DNA of 64,000 nt from Daphnia carinata (lineage: Eukaryota): the NCBI RefSeq assembly GCF_022539665.2, contig NC_081332.1, forward strand, positions 3,162,001 to 3,226,000, written 5' to 3'. The translations under genes were made by a program, and so were the position numbers. Shown in pieces: positions 19,970-32,272 of this stretch (its first letter is position 1; each line of letters begins with the position of its first letter). A model generated the notes under the pieces. It made no database searches. It saw only the letters and a list, made by a program, of their open reading frames with translations, and was not told where the DNA came from.

Positions 19970-22900
19970 ATGAACGATGATAACCAGCAAACCGTTCCAT
20001 TGCTGGGTTCTGGTTTGAATTATTCCGCTGGTAATCCATCATCCGGAGACAACCAGCAACATGTGAGAATTGTCAACAATTTTGCGATGGCACAAACCAA
20101 GGTACTACTATTTAAAAAATTTTAAATTTTTGGTTACGGTTTTCCCTTTAATTGTAAATAAAGAAAAATAATACTATCGCATCCGCTGACTTCTGACCCA
20201 CTGGGGTAGTTGCTGATTGGTTGATTGACAATTAAATAGGAAAAGAGGAAAAACAGGAGGAATGGATTTTGTGTGGCGTTGCGCCCATAAACAACTGACT
20301 GTCGCTTTCCAGCTTGACAAGCTCCCTCACGAGCCCAGTATTCAGTCAGATTACGTAAAGGGACGCGAGTGCACGCTTCGTGCTGAAGCTTAGATAAGTC
20401 GAGAAAGGTTTCTTTTTTTATCAAAAGTGTGCTTACCGAAAAACCACAGAGTAAGAATCCTCAGTTTGTTCCAGTCTTCAACAAGTGGTTTTCTGGTTGG
20501 GTGGTTGGGGTGCGTTTGCCGTTTCTAGAATTTCTGCTAAACTATAGAAGAAAAATCAAAGTTTCTGGATTAGATGGATGATAAGATGAAGGTAAATATA
20601 AATATGCCTTGCCATGTACCAGACCTTTGCTGAGATTTGAGCGTGGCGAATCTGTTATTTAGCATCTGTCATAGTGACGGAATTGCCTTGTTGTAGTTGA
20701 TATGGAAACTGGAAACCTCGTCCCCATTTATGGCGCCCTAACGAAAGGGAAAGGAAGTCATCTGCCCTTTAATCTTCTTTTATTTTTCGGGCACAAAACT
20801 AAATCGAGACACTCGATCAAATAGGATTCAATCTGACAAGTTGTGCTACGGCCTTGACGCCCAATCTATTGCCAAGACTGTTTCTCGTAAAATTTATGGT
20901 CTTAGCTTCTTGTTGTTCTTTATTTTTCATTTTTTATTTAATCTACTTTAGTAGTCTATTGTTCTGAAACCCCTACGGCACGATTTTTCCTGGTCTACCT
21001 GTAGTTTTCAGCGATTACCAACGTGGGGCATGCAAAGTCATGCACGTGAATAACGTGCTGTCCTTTGTGCTTTTTTGTTTCGTTACATTTTTTTTAAGTG
21101 GTCCCACTTCCTTTCCCTCAAATTTACCTCCAACCTAATTCAAGAGATTGTCTAATAGATAATTTTTGTGGAATTTGTGAATACCTTGTGTGGAAATCCT
21201 GACAGATTGGTGATGAGCACGGTTCGTTAAGCAAATCCTTTGTTCTTTTCAGCAGACGAATATTGCTGTAACACCAACTGACGATGAATCGGACGGTGAT
21301 ACAATCACGTCAAGGTACTTTCTTTCTCAAGATAAACGTGCTAGCATTATGTATATATTAATATATTATTTTGAAACTATGTAATGAAGAACTCTTCTCA
21401 AGAAAAGGACTGGATTTGTATTGCCAACACCATCCAATGCCGACGTCGAAAATGGGAAAAAGGAAGGAGAAGCCGATGAAGCTGATAAAGCAAACTGCAC
21501 GACACCGTTGAATCCTAACAACCAGAAAAATGGCAGTCCTTCCTTTACCGACCGCCTCAAAGATAAAATAAGTGTAAGTGTTTGAATTTTCAGCTGTTAG
21601 GGGTAACAACTGACAACCTGTGGGAGATTTTTTGGTGATTTAACATAATTTATCACTTTGTTACAGATTGCAGTTCCAAATGTGATCCAGAAGAAACCAC
21701 GAGAGTACAAACTTAAGGCCTTTGTTGGATTTTTATTCCTACTTGTTGTCTTTCTTGTTGGCTTTGCCTACATATTTTACTACCAACAACTTGCTAGAGT
21801 AAGTAACTTTTGAGTTTCTTTAATATTTTCAATATTTTAATGTTAGCCTTTTGGATGTTAGAAAACTTATTTTGAGAGAATTCGTTTTACTAAAGAAGAT
21901 CGTATTATGCGAGTATACGACGACAAGGGACTAGAAGCTCTAAGGGGTCACATGGGAGCATCGTTTCCTACGTCACAAAAATCTTACAAATGCCACGACA
22001 GAGATCGTCCACCCAACTCTACGTTGTGCCTAGAGTGGATGGGGCGTGGTCGATTTTCCCTTGCTCAAACCCCAAATAAAAATCAGGATGATAAATCGCG
22101 GTGCTACAGAATCATATGGCAATCGCTTTCTGCTGACACCTACCCCACAGACTGTTACGAAATGAATAATCAGCTGTGGTTTGGAGCAGGAGCTGTTTTA
22201 GGTCAACAACACGACTTTGCTGGTAATTGTTAAAGATTAGCTGTTTTAATTATTGAAATGAAAACATGATGGATTTCTCTTTAGGTTGGCCTCTAAACCG
22301 AGCTGAAGTGCCAATCAGTCCATTTGTCACGGGTAGTGAAGTTCGAGGACATAATGGCTGGGGTCAAGTTCTTCGCCGATATTTCATGAATTCCAAAGCG
22401 GCTGCCATTATCGTGGACGATTCTACTCCGTTGTGGGTGTCAGTCAATGCCAATCAAAGCCAAATGCTTTGCCTCCAATCCAGGAGTAGTGGCTTCCCGT
22501 TTTTCGATCATGGAGAAGAGTCTATTGCTTCCAATACGAGCACCAAGAGAAATGGGACCAAAAACAACCCAATTGTTCATTCAGTCTTGAACTATACAAT
22601 TTGCACAGCTGCCGATCTCGAAACGCTATTGACCTCGTTGGCTGACGCTTGGTGGGACGGACTAAGGAAAGACGAAATGGAGGTAAACTCAAGGATAAGT
22701 TTATGACTGAGCCAAAAAAATTTATATTTTGGGGAAGGGGAGGCGAAAAAAAAGCATAAATAATAAGCTGTTTAGAAGGGAAAGTGTCCTTGATAGTCTT
22801 CATTTCTATAGAAAGTAACCATACTCGACACCAAATCTTAACAGCTGTATCTCTTTGAATTCGCTTTAAAATAGGTTGTTTATTCGAAAACGATAATGTC

Positions 22901-24239
22901 ATGATTTTCTTTTTTTGAAGGTCGTCAAGAAACTGATGGAAGATCCCGTCTGGAGATTCCAACCGTCGGCTGATGATAATCAAACTGTCCAAAGCTTGAT
23001 GAAGTACACCAACAGCATAGTCGGCTCGGTCTGGACCAGTCCAGGTTATTTGTTGATTGATACCCCATGGGAAGAGCGTCCTGGTGATTTAGAATTTGAT
23101 GCAAATCGGTTCCAGGTTAGCCCTCCTTTTTTGTGTGTTAAATTTTTCTATTTCTGTTGTTAAATATTTGCGTTAAACTTTAGGGTTTGAACGAAGCTCT
23201 TGAAATCATTCATCGAAAAGGATTCAAAGTTGCTGTTACCGTGCGTCCTTTCGTCAGTACGTTCTCCAAGACGTACAAGAGTGGATTGGACTTTTTAATG
23301 CCCAATTCGTCGCGTGATTCTGTTGGGACATGGATTCGTCAGCCATACGGCGAAGGATCTCCAGCATTGACGAGCTACAATGGGGATCACAGTCTTGCAT
23401 TAGCTGACGTTACTTCACGCAACATCTCTGAATGGGTCGCTGATCGTCTTAATACCCTCATCAAGAACTATGAGTTGGATGGAATCTTTTTCGAAAGCGT
23501 CACAGCAGATTACTTGCCCCATTATTATGTAACAGCCAAGCCTTTAACTGATCCGTCAAAGTTGAGCAGTCTATGGGTGGATGCTGCCCGCCAAGTTACT
23601 ACAGTTCTCAGCGTCACTTCGGCCACCCAAATGCCACGGCTTCCAACGTTTGTAGCCATTCCTCGGCTTCCGTCCACGTGGGAGGGTCTCACTCATCTAC
23701 TTCCGTTGGTCTTGACGCTCAGTGTCTCTGGCTACCCGTTCCTGATCCCCCCTCCAGTTGGCGGCATTTCAAATTCAACCAAACCTGACAAGGAACTGTA
23801 CATTCGCTGGCTTCAAGTGAGTACCTTCTTACCGGTATTGCAGTTTGCAACTATTCCCTCGTCGTATGATGCTGAAGTGGAACGAATGGCCAGCAACTTG
23901 ACTGGACTCAGGCAATCGACCGTCCTTCCTATCCTCCAACGTTATGGCGGTAGTTCTGTATTCGACGGACTGCCAATCATCAGGCCGCTCTGGATGTTGG
24001 ATCCTTTTGACAAAGAGGGATTAGATGTAGCAGACGAATTTTGTGTCGGTGACGAGTTGCTCGTTGCCCCCGTCCTGGAGCCGGGAGCGCGCGAAAGAGA
24101 AGTCTATTTACCCAAAGGTGTTTGGAAAGACGGTATTGATGGTAGTCTACGTAAGGGAGGAAGATGGATACACCACTACAGAGCTAAACTTGATCAAGTT
24201 CCGTTCTTTACAAGAGCAGCAGAGGGAACGCGCTTATAA
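19970..24239 (+). CDS. Myogenesis-regulating glycosidase (MYORG)-like GH31 type II membrane protein, probably catalytically altered
   Basis: Predicted exons include 19970-20101, ~21253-21314, ~21390-21573, 21667-21798 (TM helix FVGFLFLLVVFLVGFAYIFYY) and further exons to the stop at 24239. GH31 motifs GDLEFDANRF, GYPFLIPPPVGG, ELYIRWLQVSTFLPVLQF, PIIRPLW, DEFCVGDELLVAPVL, VYLPKGVW. The first exon is uncertain. Confidence 0.88.
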
Positions 24240-24854
24240 ATAGCGGGACACGATCAACTTTCACCTGAACGATTGGGTTATTTTTGTAGATGTAATGTTT
24301 TTGTGTTGATTTTTTAGGATGTATTTTTATTCGCGAATATGTGTCTTAGTTCGTTGACATTATGTTGCCAACTGTCCAGTGAAATTCATTTCTTTTATAA
24401 GGAAAGAATTAGCATTTCCTCCTTTGGATCCTCTATGAAATAAATTTATCTACCGTATTTGTGTCTGTTTTAAAACTTGTTGATTCCAGAAAATCTAGCG
24501 ACGATGTAATATAACTTGTCCAGAATACACTCGTAATTTATCCCTTCCACGATTATGAAGTTCTTGTGCTTGCAATGCAAGGCGACAATGGAACATACAA
24601 TAGCTCATGCCCCATTGGGCTGACGAGGCAGCAAGCAATGTAAAGTCAACTTTCGAGGATTCTTCCACGTGAAAAAGAAAATTATAAGTTTTAATGGTGG
24701 TAATGTAAAAAAAAAAAAAGAGGGAGGGAGGGGATACTAGGTACACGAAAGGAGGTAAAAGAGAAGAGAGATGATGGGTAGAACATTTTATGTTAGTTGT
24801 TTTTTTTTTTGCCAAAAATATTGATTTGAAAACGATGGGGAATTGAATAACGTT

Positions 24855-27523
24855 TCAACTTGGTTTCTGTCTATTGTCGATTAGTTCCTGCACAGCGTCT
24901 ATTAGAGTCTGTACGGCGTCCTGATTGGAGGCAGGTTCAGTTTTAATTTCTCCAGATTCATCTTCCTCGACAGCTTCCGTGTCATCCATCGTCTGAGCTG
25001 TCGCATAAGCAACGGCGGTCTTTAAAAAAAAAAAAAAAAATACAGATTAATAAAACGTTTAAATGGGCACGCCAGATTGGAATTTTACCTGTGTTCCGTC
25101 TTCGTGGGTTTGTACGAGAATTAGTTGTCCATTCTCCGTTTCGACCAGTTGTCCACCTGCAGGCGCTAAAACAGCACTTCCGTCAGGTTGGAGGATAACA
25201 ATTTGTCCCGATTCGACAAAGGCGTGACCGAGATCTCCACGCAGCATGCCATCCTCATCGTCGTCGTAAACTCCACCTTCCACCAGATCATGTTCGCCAT
25301 CTGCTCGACCCGGTCCGACCATGAGTCGCATCTAATTTGGGGATTAGGGATTTAAGAATGAATTATTTCAAGAATTGATCAATTTAATACCTGGCCATCC
25401 TCGCCGTAAACTAAGTGATGAGTAGATAAAACTTCTTGTCCAGACATTGGTTGCTCCAGTTGAACCATCTCTCCTACGTCGATTCTCACTGGTTCTTCCT
25501 CCTCCTCCTCTTCTTCTTCCTCCTCTTCATCGATCTCAGCATTCTCGTCCAGTTTGAACATTTCTTCAGGGTAGCCTACCACCTCACCCTAAAATCAACT
25601 CAATCATGAAATGAAATCGCTGGCTAACAGTATGTTATAAAGCCGTTTACCGTTGAAGTCACGAAGGCCCCTGTCTGATCATCCAAGAGAGTCTCTTCTG
25701 CTGAATATGGACCTATGTCGAACTGGCTGTCCGGCCTCTCAGAAGGTCTGAGCTCTACAACGGTTTCAGGAACCTTTTTTCGTCGAAGAGGCCGACCACT
25801 TGATCCAAAACGTTGTATGGACGGCCGGAATCGCCATATTTGCGTTCGCTCCATGAATTCATCCCAATTGTCCCAATACGTGGGAGGGAATACGACCTTC
25901 GGCGTTTTAAGCCCAGCGAAAGGATCAGTAGACAGGCGATTACTGATTACTCCGCGTTTGGTGTAGACAAGAGCTGGAGTTCCCTTATTTCCATTTAACA
26001 TCTAGTTAATGAGAATGCAATGAAATTAGCTTCTATGTAAAAAAGGAAACTAATGGGATAATACTTTGTTAACCACAACAGGATCGACTTTTTTCTGACC
26101 AGTTTCCATGGCGCCACTAGTGGAAGGACCATCTTTGCTCTCAACTTCTGGCATTTCTGCCGGAACTGGTTCTAATTCAGTTCCTGGAATTGGATGAATG
26201 TATCGAACATGATTCTCCCAGTATTCTCGCTTTCCAAACTTGAAACCACAGACCTAGAACAACAGGAAAAAGAGCATAAATAATCATGTAAATATACTTA
26301 GTAATCGATTAAATGTCTTTTTTTATACCTGACAGTGATGAAAGAGTTTACGATCGTGGTTACTTAGATGCCAGCGTAAATTCTTTTTGTCGCCAAAAGT
26401 GCGATGGCATTTGCTGCACTTGAAAGGCCGATCTTTGTTGTGCACCACTTTTATGTGGCGTTCCAAATCGCCACGTCGGGTAAAGCGGGCGTCGCACAAA
26501 TCACACGCATGTGGTCGTTCGTGGGCATGGGTCTTCAAATGTGCCTTCAACGAACCAGGTTTCATGATACGATGGCACGACAGGCACTCGATCCTGGCCC
26601 CTTCTCCCTCACCAACAACAATGGTGCGCACTTGGATACGGCCTTCGCCGTCCTCTTCAAACTCTTCTAAATCCTCAGCATTCTACACTCATGCGAATGG
26701 AACAAAGCATCTAGATAAGCTACACATTCTTTTCTCTTGCACTGTCAACGTCTTGAAATGAATTCGCTTTAAATCACTGAAAATATAATGCTTAATGCGC
26801 AACACTCACCGTTGGGACGATAAAACTATTACTAGCAGTTATTTTCTTCTTTTTGGCGGGGGGTGAGTGGCTAACCGGTTCTTCTTCATTCTCTAACTTC
26901 CATTCAAAATCACTATCATGGTCTTTAGTTGATTCAAAGGTAATTTTCTGGTGTACTTCTAGATCTTCCTGAGAAATTTGGATGTTAGCATGTTTACTGA
27001 TTTCCTTCTGTTCTACTTCTTCTTCTTCTTCAGTTTCCATTGTGACACTCATTGATTGCACAGCCAATTCTAGAACTTGACCTAAGTTTACTTTCTCCTT
27101 TTTGGGTGGCTCTGTATTTGTATCCTCAGATTCTGCCATTTCTTCAGATTGAATGCTCAAAATGTTGACTTCAATTGGCTTAATTTCACTAGATTCTTCT
27201 TCTTTTCGTAAAGCAGGTGCTGTATATCTTCTTGGGCGGCCTGGACCACGTTTGATTTCTATTTCCTGCGTAGCTTTGTGTTTTGCACCTAGGACTTTAA
27301 TACATTTAGCACAACTAAGTGAACAGCAAAAAGTTTCAATACCTGGAGGCCTTCCTCTTTTCCTTTTTACTTCTTGAGTGTCTGCAGTTTCAGATTCATC
27401 AGCTGTGGATTCACTCTTATTGCCTTTGCTGTAGTTTCGTACAGCTGGAACGTAATATTCATAATCCTCATCATTATAGCGTTTGGCCATTGATCTACGC
27501 CTTGGAGATGACTTGTTGCTCAT
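24855..27523 (-). CDS. AT-hook and 4x C2H2 zinc-finger protein with acidic regions, multi-exon
   Basis: AT-hook-like KRKRGRPPG and KRGPGRPRR. Fingers CLSC..HLKTH, CDLC..HIKVVH, CSKC..HLSNH, CQVC..HVRYIH. The last exon ends RQKPS-TGA at 24855. An upstream exon with a donor near 27833 is likely, so the start is uncertain. Confidence 0.85.
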
Positions 27524-28485
27524 CTGTTTAGAAAACCATTGAAGAAAAAAAACATGACCAGTCAAACTAGGTCCAGTCACTTTTAAACACAGATGACAGA
27601 ATGATAAAGTTCAATTCTTTTCTTTTTGAATGCGAATGTGCCCGTACAGTTTACGATGGCGATGGCGTCCTCTGCCAACCAGGAGACGCTTTTTACTTTT
27701 GCACCGAGGAAGACACAGTGATCGTTACAAAGAAATTATATGGTTTGAATGAGAAATTGCAACCGCTTTTGAACAAAAATACTCAAGCCTGTTCCCGGGA
27801 ACAATCAAATATTTTCGTGTTGACCGTGCCTACCTTCTTTCGAGGTGATCCAAATCGTCGAAAATGGCCGACAGCAGCGCTTTTTGATAATGATGGCATG
27901 AGAATGGGATGTTTATATTAAATTATTCGTACACAAAAATTGGTCTATTAACTCAAAATATTTTTTAAATAAAATTTTTTTAAAATTTCGAAAATGAAAA
28001 TTTGAATTAGAAATTGCCATCTAACCTTAATGAAACGTATCTAATTTCAAATGTCCCATTTAACTTGAGTGCCGATTCAAAACAGACTTTGGCGGGAAAT
28101 AACCGATATGTTTAATTAAGCTTGTACAATTTTTGTTTTCAATCCAGGCTGTTATGTGATATTTTCTCCCATTGATTATTTCCCTATATTGAAGTATCAA
28201 ACCCATGCTGGAGGCATCAAAACGACTCAAATGACGGTATGGAGATCAGTTAAAAGTTGGTTAGAAATCAAAATGTTGAGAAAAAAATGCATTATAATTT
28301 ACTTCTTCGTAAATATGTTTTTTAGCAATTTCTATGTATAAAACATTTATTTTTCGTTTTGTTATGCAGGCTACACAGCTGCAGAAGACGCCAATCCCCC
28401 TGGCATTAACAGCGTCGTCTTCGTTTTCAACCGACTTGGCATCGTCCATTCTTTTCCGACTTTATTTGGTCTATCACTCATAGTG

Positions 28486-28495
28486 TTCTTTTTCC
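28486..28495 (+). promoter_or_regulatory. TCT / 5'TOP polypyrimidine initiator of RpS17
   Basis: TTCTTTTTCC ~40 nt upstream of the ATG, typical of ribosomal protein genes. Confidence 0.7.
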
Positions 28496-28525
28496 TCAGA
28501 GCCGTCGTCTATACCGCTTCTGATA

Positions 28526-29292
28526 ATGGTTGGTATTTTTACGTTTTTCATCTGTCAAAATCCCGAGCATCGTTTAATATTTTTGTCGTAAAACTGATGG
28601 TGTTTGCCAGCGGTATTTTTGCTGACTAGTTCTAGATGACTAGAAAAGTGTTGAAACTTTGAATCTAATGTCATGTCGATGTTTGGGAAATGGACGTTTG
28701 TTTAAAATCATGGTTGTATATTATGTGGTGATTGTAGGGCCGCGTACGTACCAAGACCGTGAAGAAGGCTGCCAAGCTGATCATCGAGAAGTACTACACT
28801 CGATTGACGCTTGACTTCCACACCAACAAGCGAATCTGCGAGGAAATTGCCATCATCCCTAGCAAACCGCTGAGGAACAAGATCGCTGGGTATGTTTGTC
28901 TTGATATTTCAGTAGTATGAGGAATTGTTCAATAACCATTTAAATTAATTTTCATCAGGTTCGTCACCCATTTGATGAAACGTCTTCAACACAAGACTGT
29001 CCGTGGTATCTCCATCAAGTTGCAAGAAGAAGAGCGTGAGAGGAGAGATAACTATGTCCCTGAACAATCTGTCTTGGATATGGACACTATTGAAATTGAT
29101 TCAGAGACCAAGGAGATGTTGAAAATGCTGGTCAGTATCATTGTTCTGCATAAATTCAATATTTTGTTGTATACATGTGGTTCTTAACTGTAGGAATTGG
29201 AGAAAATCCCAAAGCTTCATGTGGTCAATCCCACACCAACTGGACATACTGGTGGACATGGTGGTCATCCTCATGGTGGTCAACGTCGTTAA
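28526..29292 (+). CDS. RPS17: 40S ribosomal protein S17 (eS17)
   Basis: Exons 28526-28528, 28738-28889, 28959-29130, 29194-29292 give [60 protein letters not shown]...[22 protein letters not shown]. Confidence 0.98.
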
Positions 29293-29684
29293 AATTTCTG
29301 TATTGCCCATCTCCTTGTTTGGTTGTAAAATACAATCTGGTATCAAGGACAAATTTAGTTTGTTTTTTCTCCACCAATCAAGAAATTTGAAGTGGATACA
29401 TGGTCAAATTAATGATTACAATAGCTTTTAGTTGAGTAAATGTTATTTAGAAATAAGTGTTTTAAAAAAGTCTCAGATATCTTTGAGTTAAAAGCAGTTT
29501 AATATTGAAAAGGTTTTATTCCAAATAGTATGAATATATCATGTTCATCTGAGAAAAGGGTAGAAACAATTTACTTTTATTTAACCAGCTGGTGCTGATA
29601 ATGTATTTTCATCAGCATAAGACAACCACATTTAATAAAGTGAGAAATTAAATTCATGGAGATTGTTCAATAACCTTGAATGTT

Positions 29685-30363
<679 letters not shown>

Positions 30364-30913
30364 ACTGACGGAAATTTCACTTTCTATAAAAAGTTAACAG
30401 AATCAACTTTTCGCCTAGAACCAGAAATAATTTTTTAGCTGGATTGCTAAAGTTGTCAACAGAAACTCGGCGTTGCCATTTTCAATAAAAGATCTCCAAA
30501 TCCAACGTTTGCCGATGAATATGAAATTTAAAATAATGAAAATCTATAAGAAACTATAACCTTAACTGATGTTTTGTTATTGCTCTTGTTTTTTTTAAAT
30601 ATTTTTGATTATGTCTTTCAAAGCGAAAAAACACAAGGTCTGTAGAAAAGTAGATTAGTAATGATTCGCGAAAATTCTTGTTGCAGACGAAAAGCTGTGT
30701 CCCCACGTGGCGGTTCTCATTGCTCGCCTCTCATTTTCAAATCCCCTGGCACTGGAAGAAGTTGAATTGTTGGCACACCACACACATTTACATGAAAAGA
30801 CACATGGTATTTATTATTAAGTTCTATTAGAACGATTTGTGTAGTTGCTAAAAGTCTTTTCTCCAATGACAGAATTTGGTCGGATGATTATTCTGTGAAA
30901 ACCCGTTTTTCTC
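30364..30913. promoter_or_regulatory. Bidirectional promoter between ELOC (-) and TRMT5 (+), with an E-box
   Basis: Head-to-head genes 550 bp apart. TGGCAAC on - at 30472-30478. Palindromic CCACGTGG at 30703-30710. Confidence 0.6.
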
Positions 30914-32272
30914 ATGGGAGTGGACTGCGGGTTTCTTTTCAGTAGACTAGCCAAACCTACATCCATTGGTTTTCCATTTCTGCGAAGTGTATGGACAAAA
31001 ATGGATTTATCACTCCCTCACGTCCGTGGAATGACTGAACTAGACAGAGCAAAATTTACTAAACAAGTGACTGTGCCATCTGTGGAAATTCTGAGTAAAA
31101 ATGTTGGAAAAAGTATGCCAGTATTCAAGAAATATCTCCTCAAAATGGAGAAGCTTAAACCAGTTACTGAAGTTCAAGGAAATGATGAAAAGAGGAAATT
31201 ACTCTTGGATCCAATATTATTTGAAACATTGGACAAACTACGGGAAGATGACCAGCAGAAGCTTTCTGAACTAGATGTAAGCAAGACTAGCTTCTCCAAT
31301 ACTTGTCTGCAATTAGAATACCATAACTACAGAATTGATGATGTCTTCAAAGCTGTTCTACCAGAAGGAAAGGAAGGGTGTACATCCTATTCACGCATTG
31401 GTCACATCATTCATCTCAATCTTCGGGATCATCTGTTGCCTTACAAAAATCTTATTGGTCAAGTCTTAGTGGACAAGCTCATTGGAGTTAAAACAGTGGT
31501 GAACAAGAGCTCGTCCATTGATTCTACGTATCGCAATTTCCAAATGGAAGTATTGGCGGGAGAAGCAGATTTTGTAACTGAGGTGAAAGAAAATATGTGC
31601 ACTTTCAAGTTTGATTTTAGTCAAGTATACTGGAATTCAAGATTGTGCACCGAACATGAGCGGATTATCAAACTATTACCACAAAAAAGTGTATTGTTTG
31701 ATGTTTTCGCTGGTGTGGGTCCTTTTTCCGTTCCGGCCGCTAAGATTCGCAAATGCCGAGTTTTTGCCAATGATCTCAACCCATCGAGTTATCATTGGCT
31801 CAAAGAAAACGTCCGGCTCAACAAAGTGGAAAACATCGAAACTTTCAACCTAGATGGGCGCCAGTTCATACGTGAACAAATGCCACCTTTCCTCCTTGCA
31901 AGGCCCAGTGAACCGATTCATGTGACCATGAACCTTCCCGCGCTTGCAGTCGAATTCCTTGATGCCTTCATCGGACTCTTATCTGGTGTTGAATTAGATC
32001 CGCGTCTAGACATTACGGTCCATGTCTACAGTTTCTGCGAAGAGTCGTCTGCCTTCTCAGAGATGCGTACTAAAGTGGAATCAGCGCTGAAGCATTCAAT
32101 CGAAGATGGACAAATCGTCGAGTTGGTCGACGTTCGAGATGTTTCACCCAAAAAGCATATGCTACGCCTGTCTTTTCGGATTCCGCCAAATGTTCTTACG
32201 AAGGCCACTGAAGAGGAAACATCTTCTGAACCGAAACGTCTAAAGCTGGATTTAGAAACGCAAGGTCGATGA
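30914..32272 (+). CDS. TRMT5: tRNA (guanine37-N1)-methyltransferase Trm5, single coding exon
   Basis: VRGMTELDR, IGHIIHLNLR, TVVNK, YRNFQMEVLAG, FDFSQVYWNSRL.TEHER, SAM motif DVFAGVGPF, ANDLNP, MNLP, VRDVSPKK. Confidence 0.96.
   Translation: MGVDCGFLFSRLAKPTSIGFPFLRSVWTKMDLSLPHVRGMTELDRAKFTKQVTVPSVEILSKNVGKSMPVFKKYLLKMEKLKPVTEVQGNDEKRKLLLDPILFETLDKLREDDQQKLSELDVSKTSFSNTCLQLEYHNYRIDDVFKAVLPEGKEGCTSYSRIGHIIHLNLRDHLLPYKNLIGQVLVDKLIGVKTVVNKSSSIDSTYRNFQMEVLAGEADFVTEVKENMCTFKFDFSQVYWNSRLCTEHERIIKLLPQKSVLFDVFAGVGPFSVPAAKIRKCRVFANDLNPSSYHWLKENVRLNKVENIETFNLDGRQFIREQMPPFLLARPSEPIHVTMNLPALAVEFLDAFIGLLSGVELDPRLDITVHVYSFCEESSAFSEMRTKVESALKHSIEDGQIVELVDVRDVSPKKHMLRLSFRIPPNVLTKATEEETSSEPKRLKLDLETQGR

Noticed and set aside
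28529..28737. Possible snoRNA in RpS17 intron 1
   Set aside because: No canonical RTGATGA...CTGA pair with a terminal stem was found by eye.
28924..29675. Exact 14-mer ATTGTTCAATAACC at 28924 and 29662
   Set aside because: Several AT-rich 14-mer matches are expected by chance in 64 kb, and the match does not extend.
30747..30760. TGGCACTGGAAGAA resembling part of miR-263a
   Set aside because: The 5' nucleotides and 3' end differ, no hairpin is evident, and it lies in the TRMT5 promoter.
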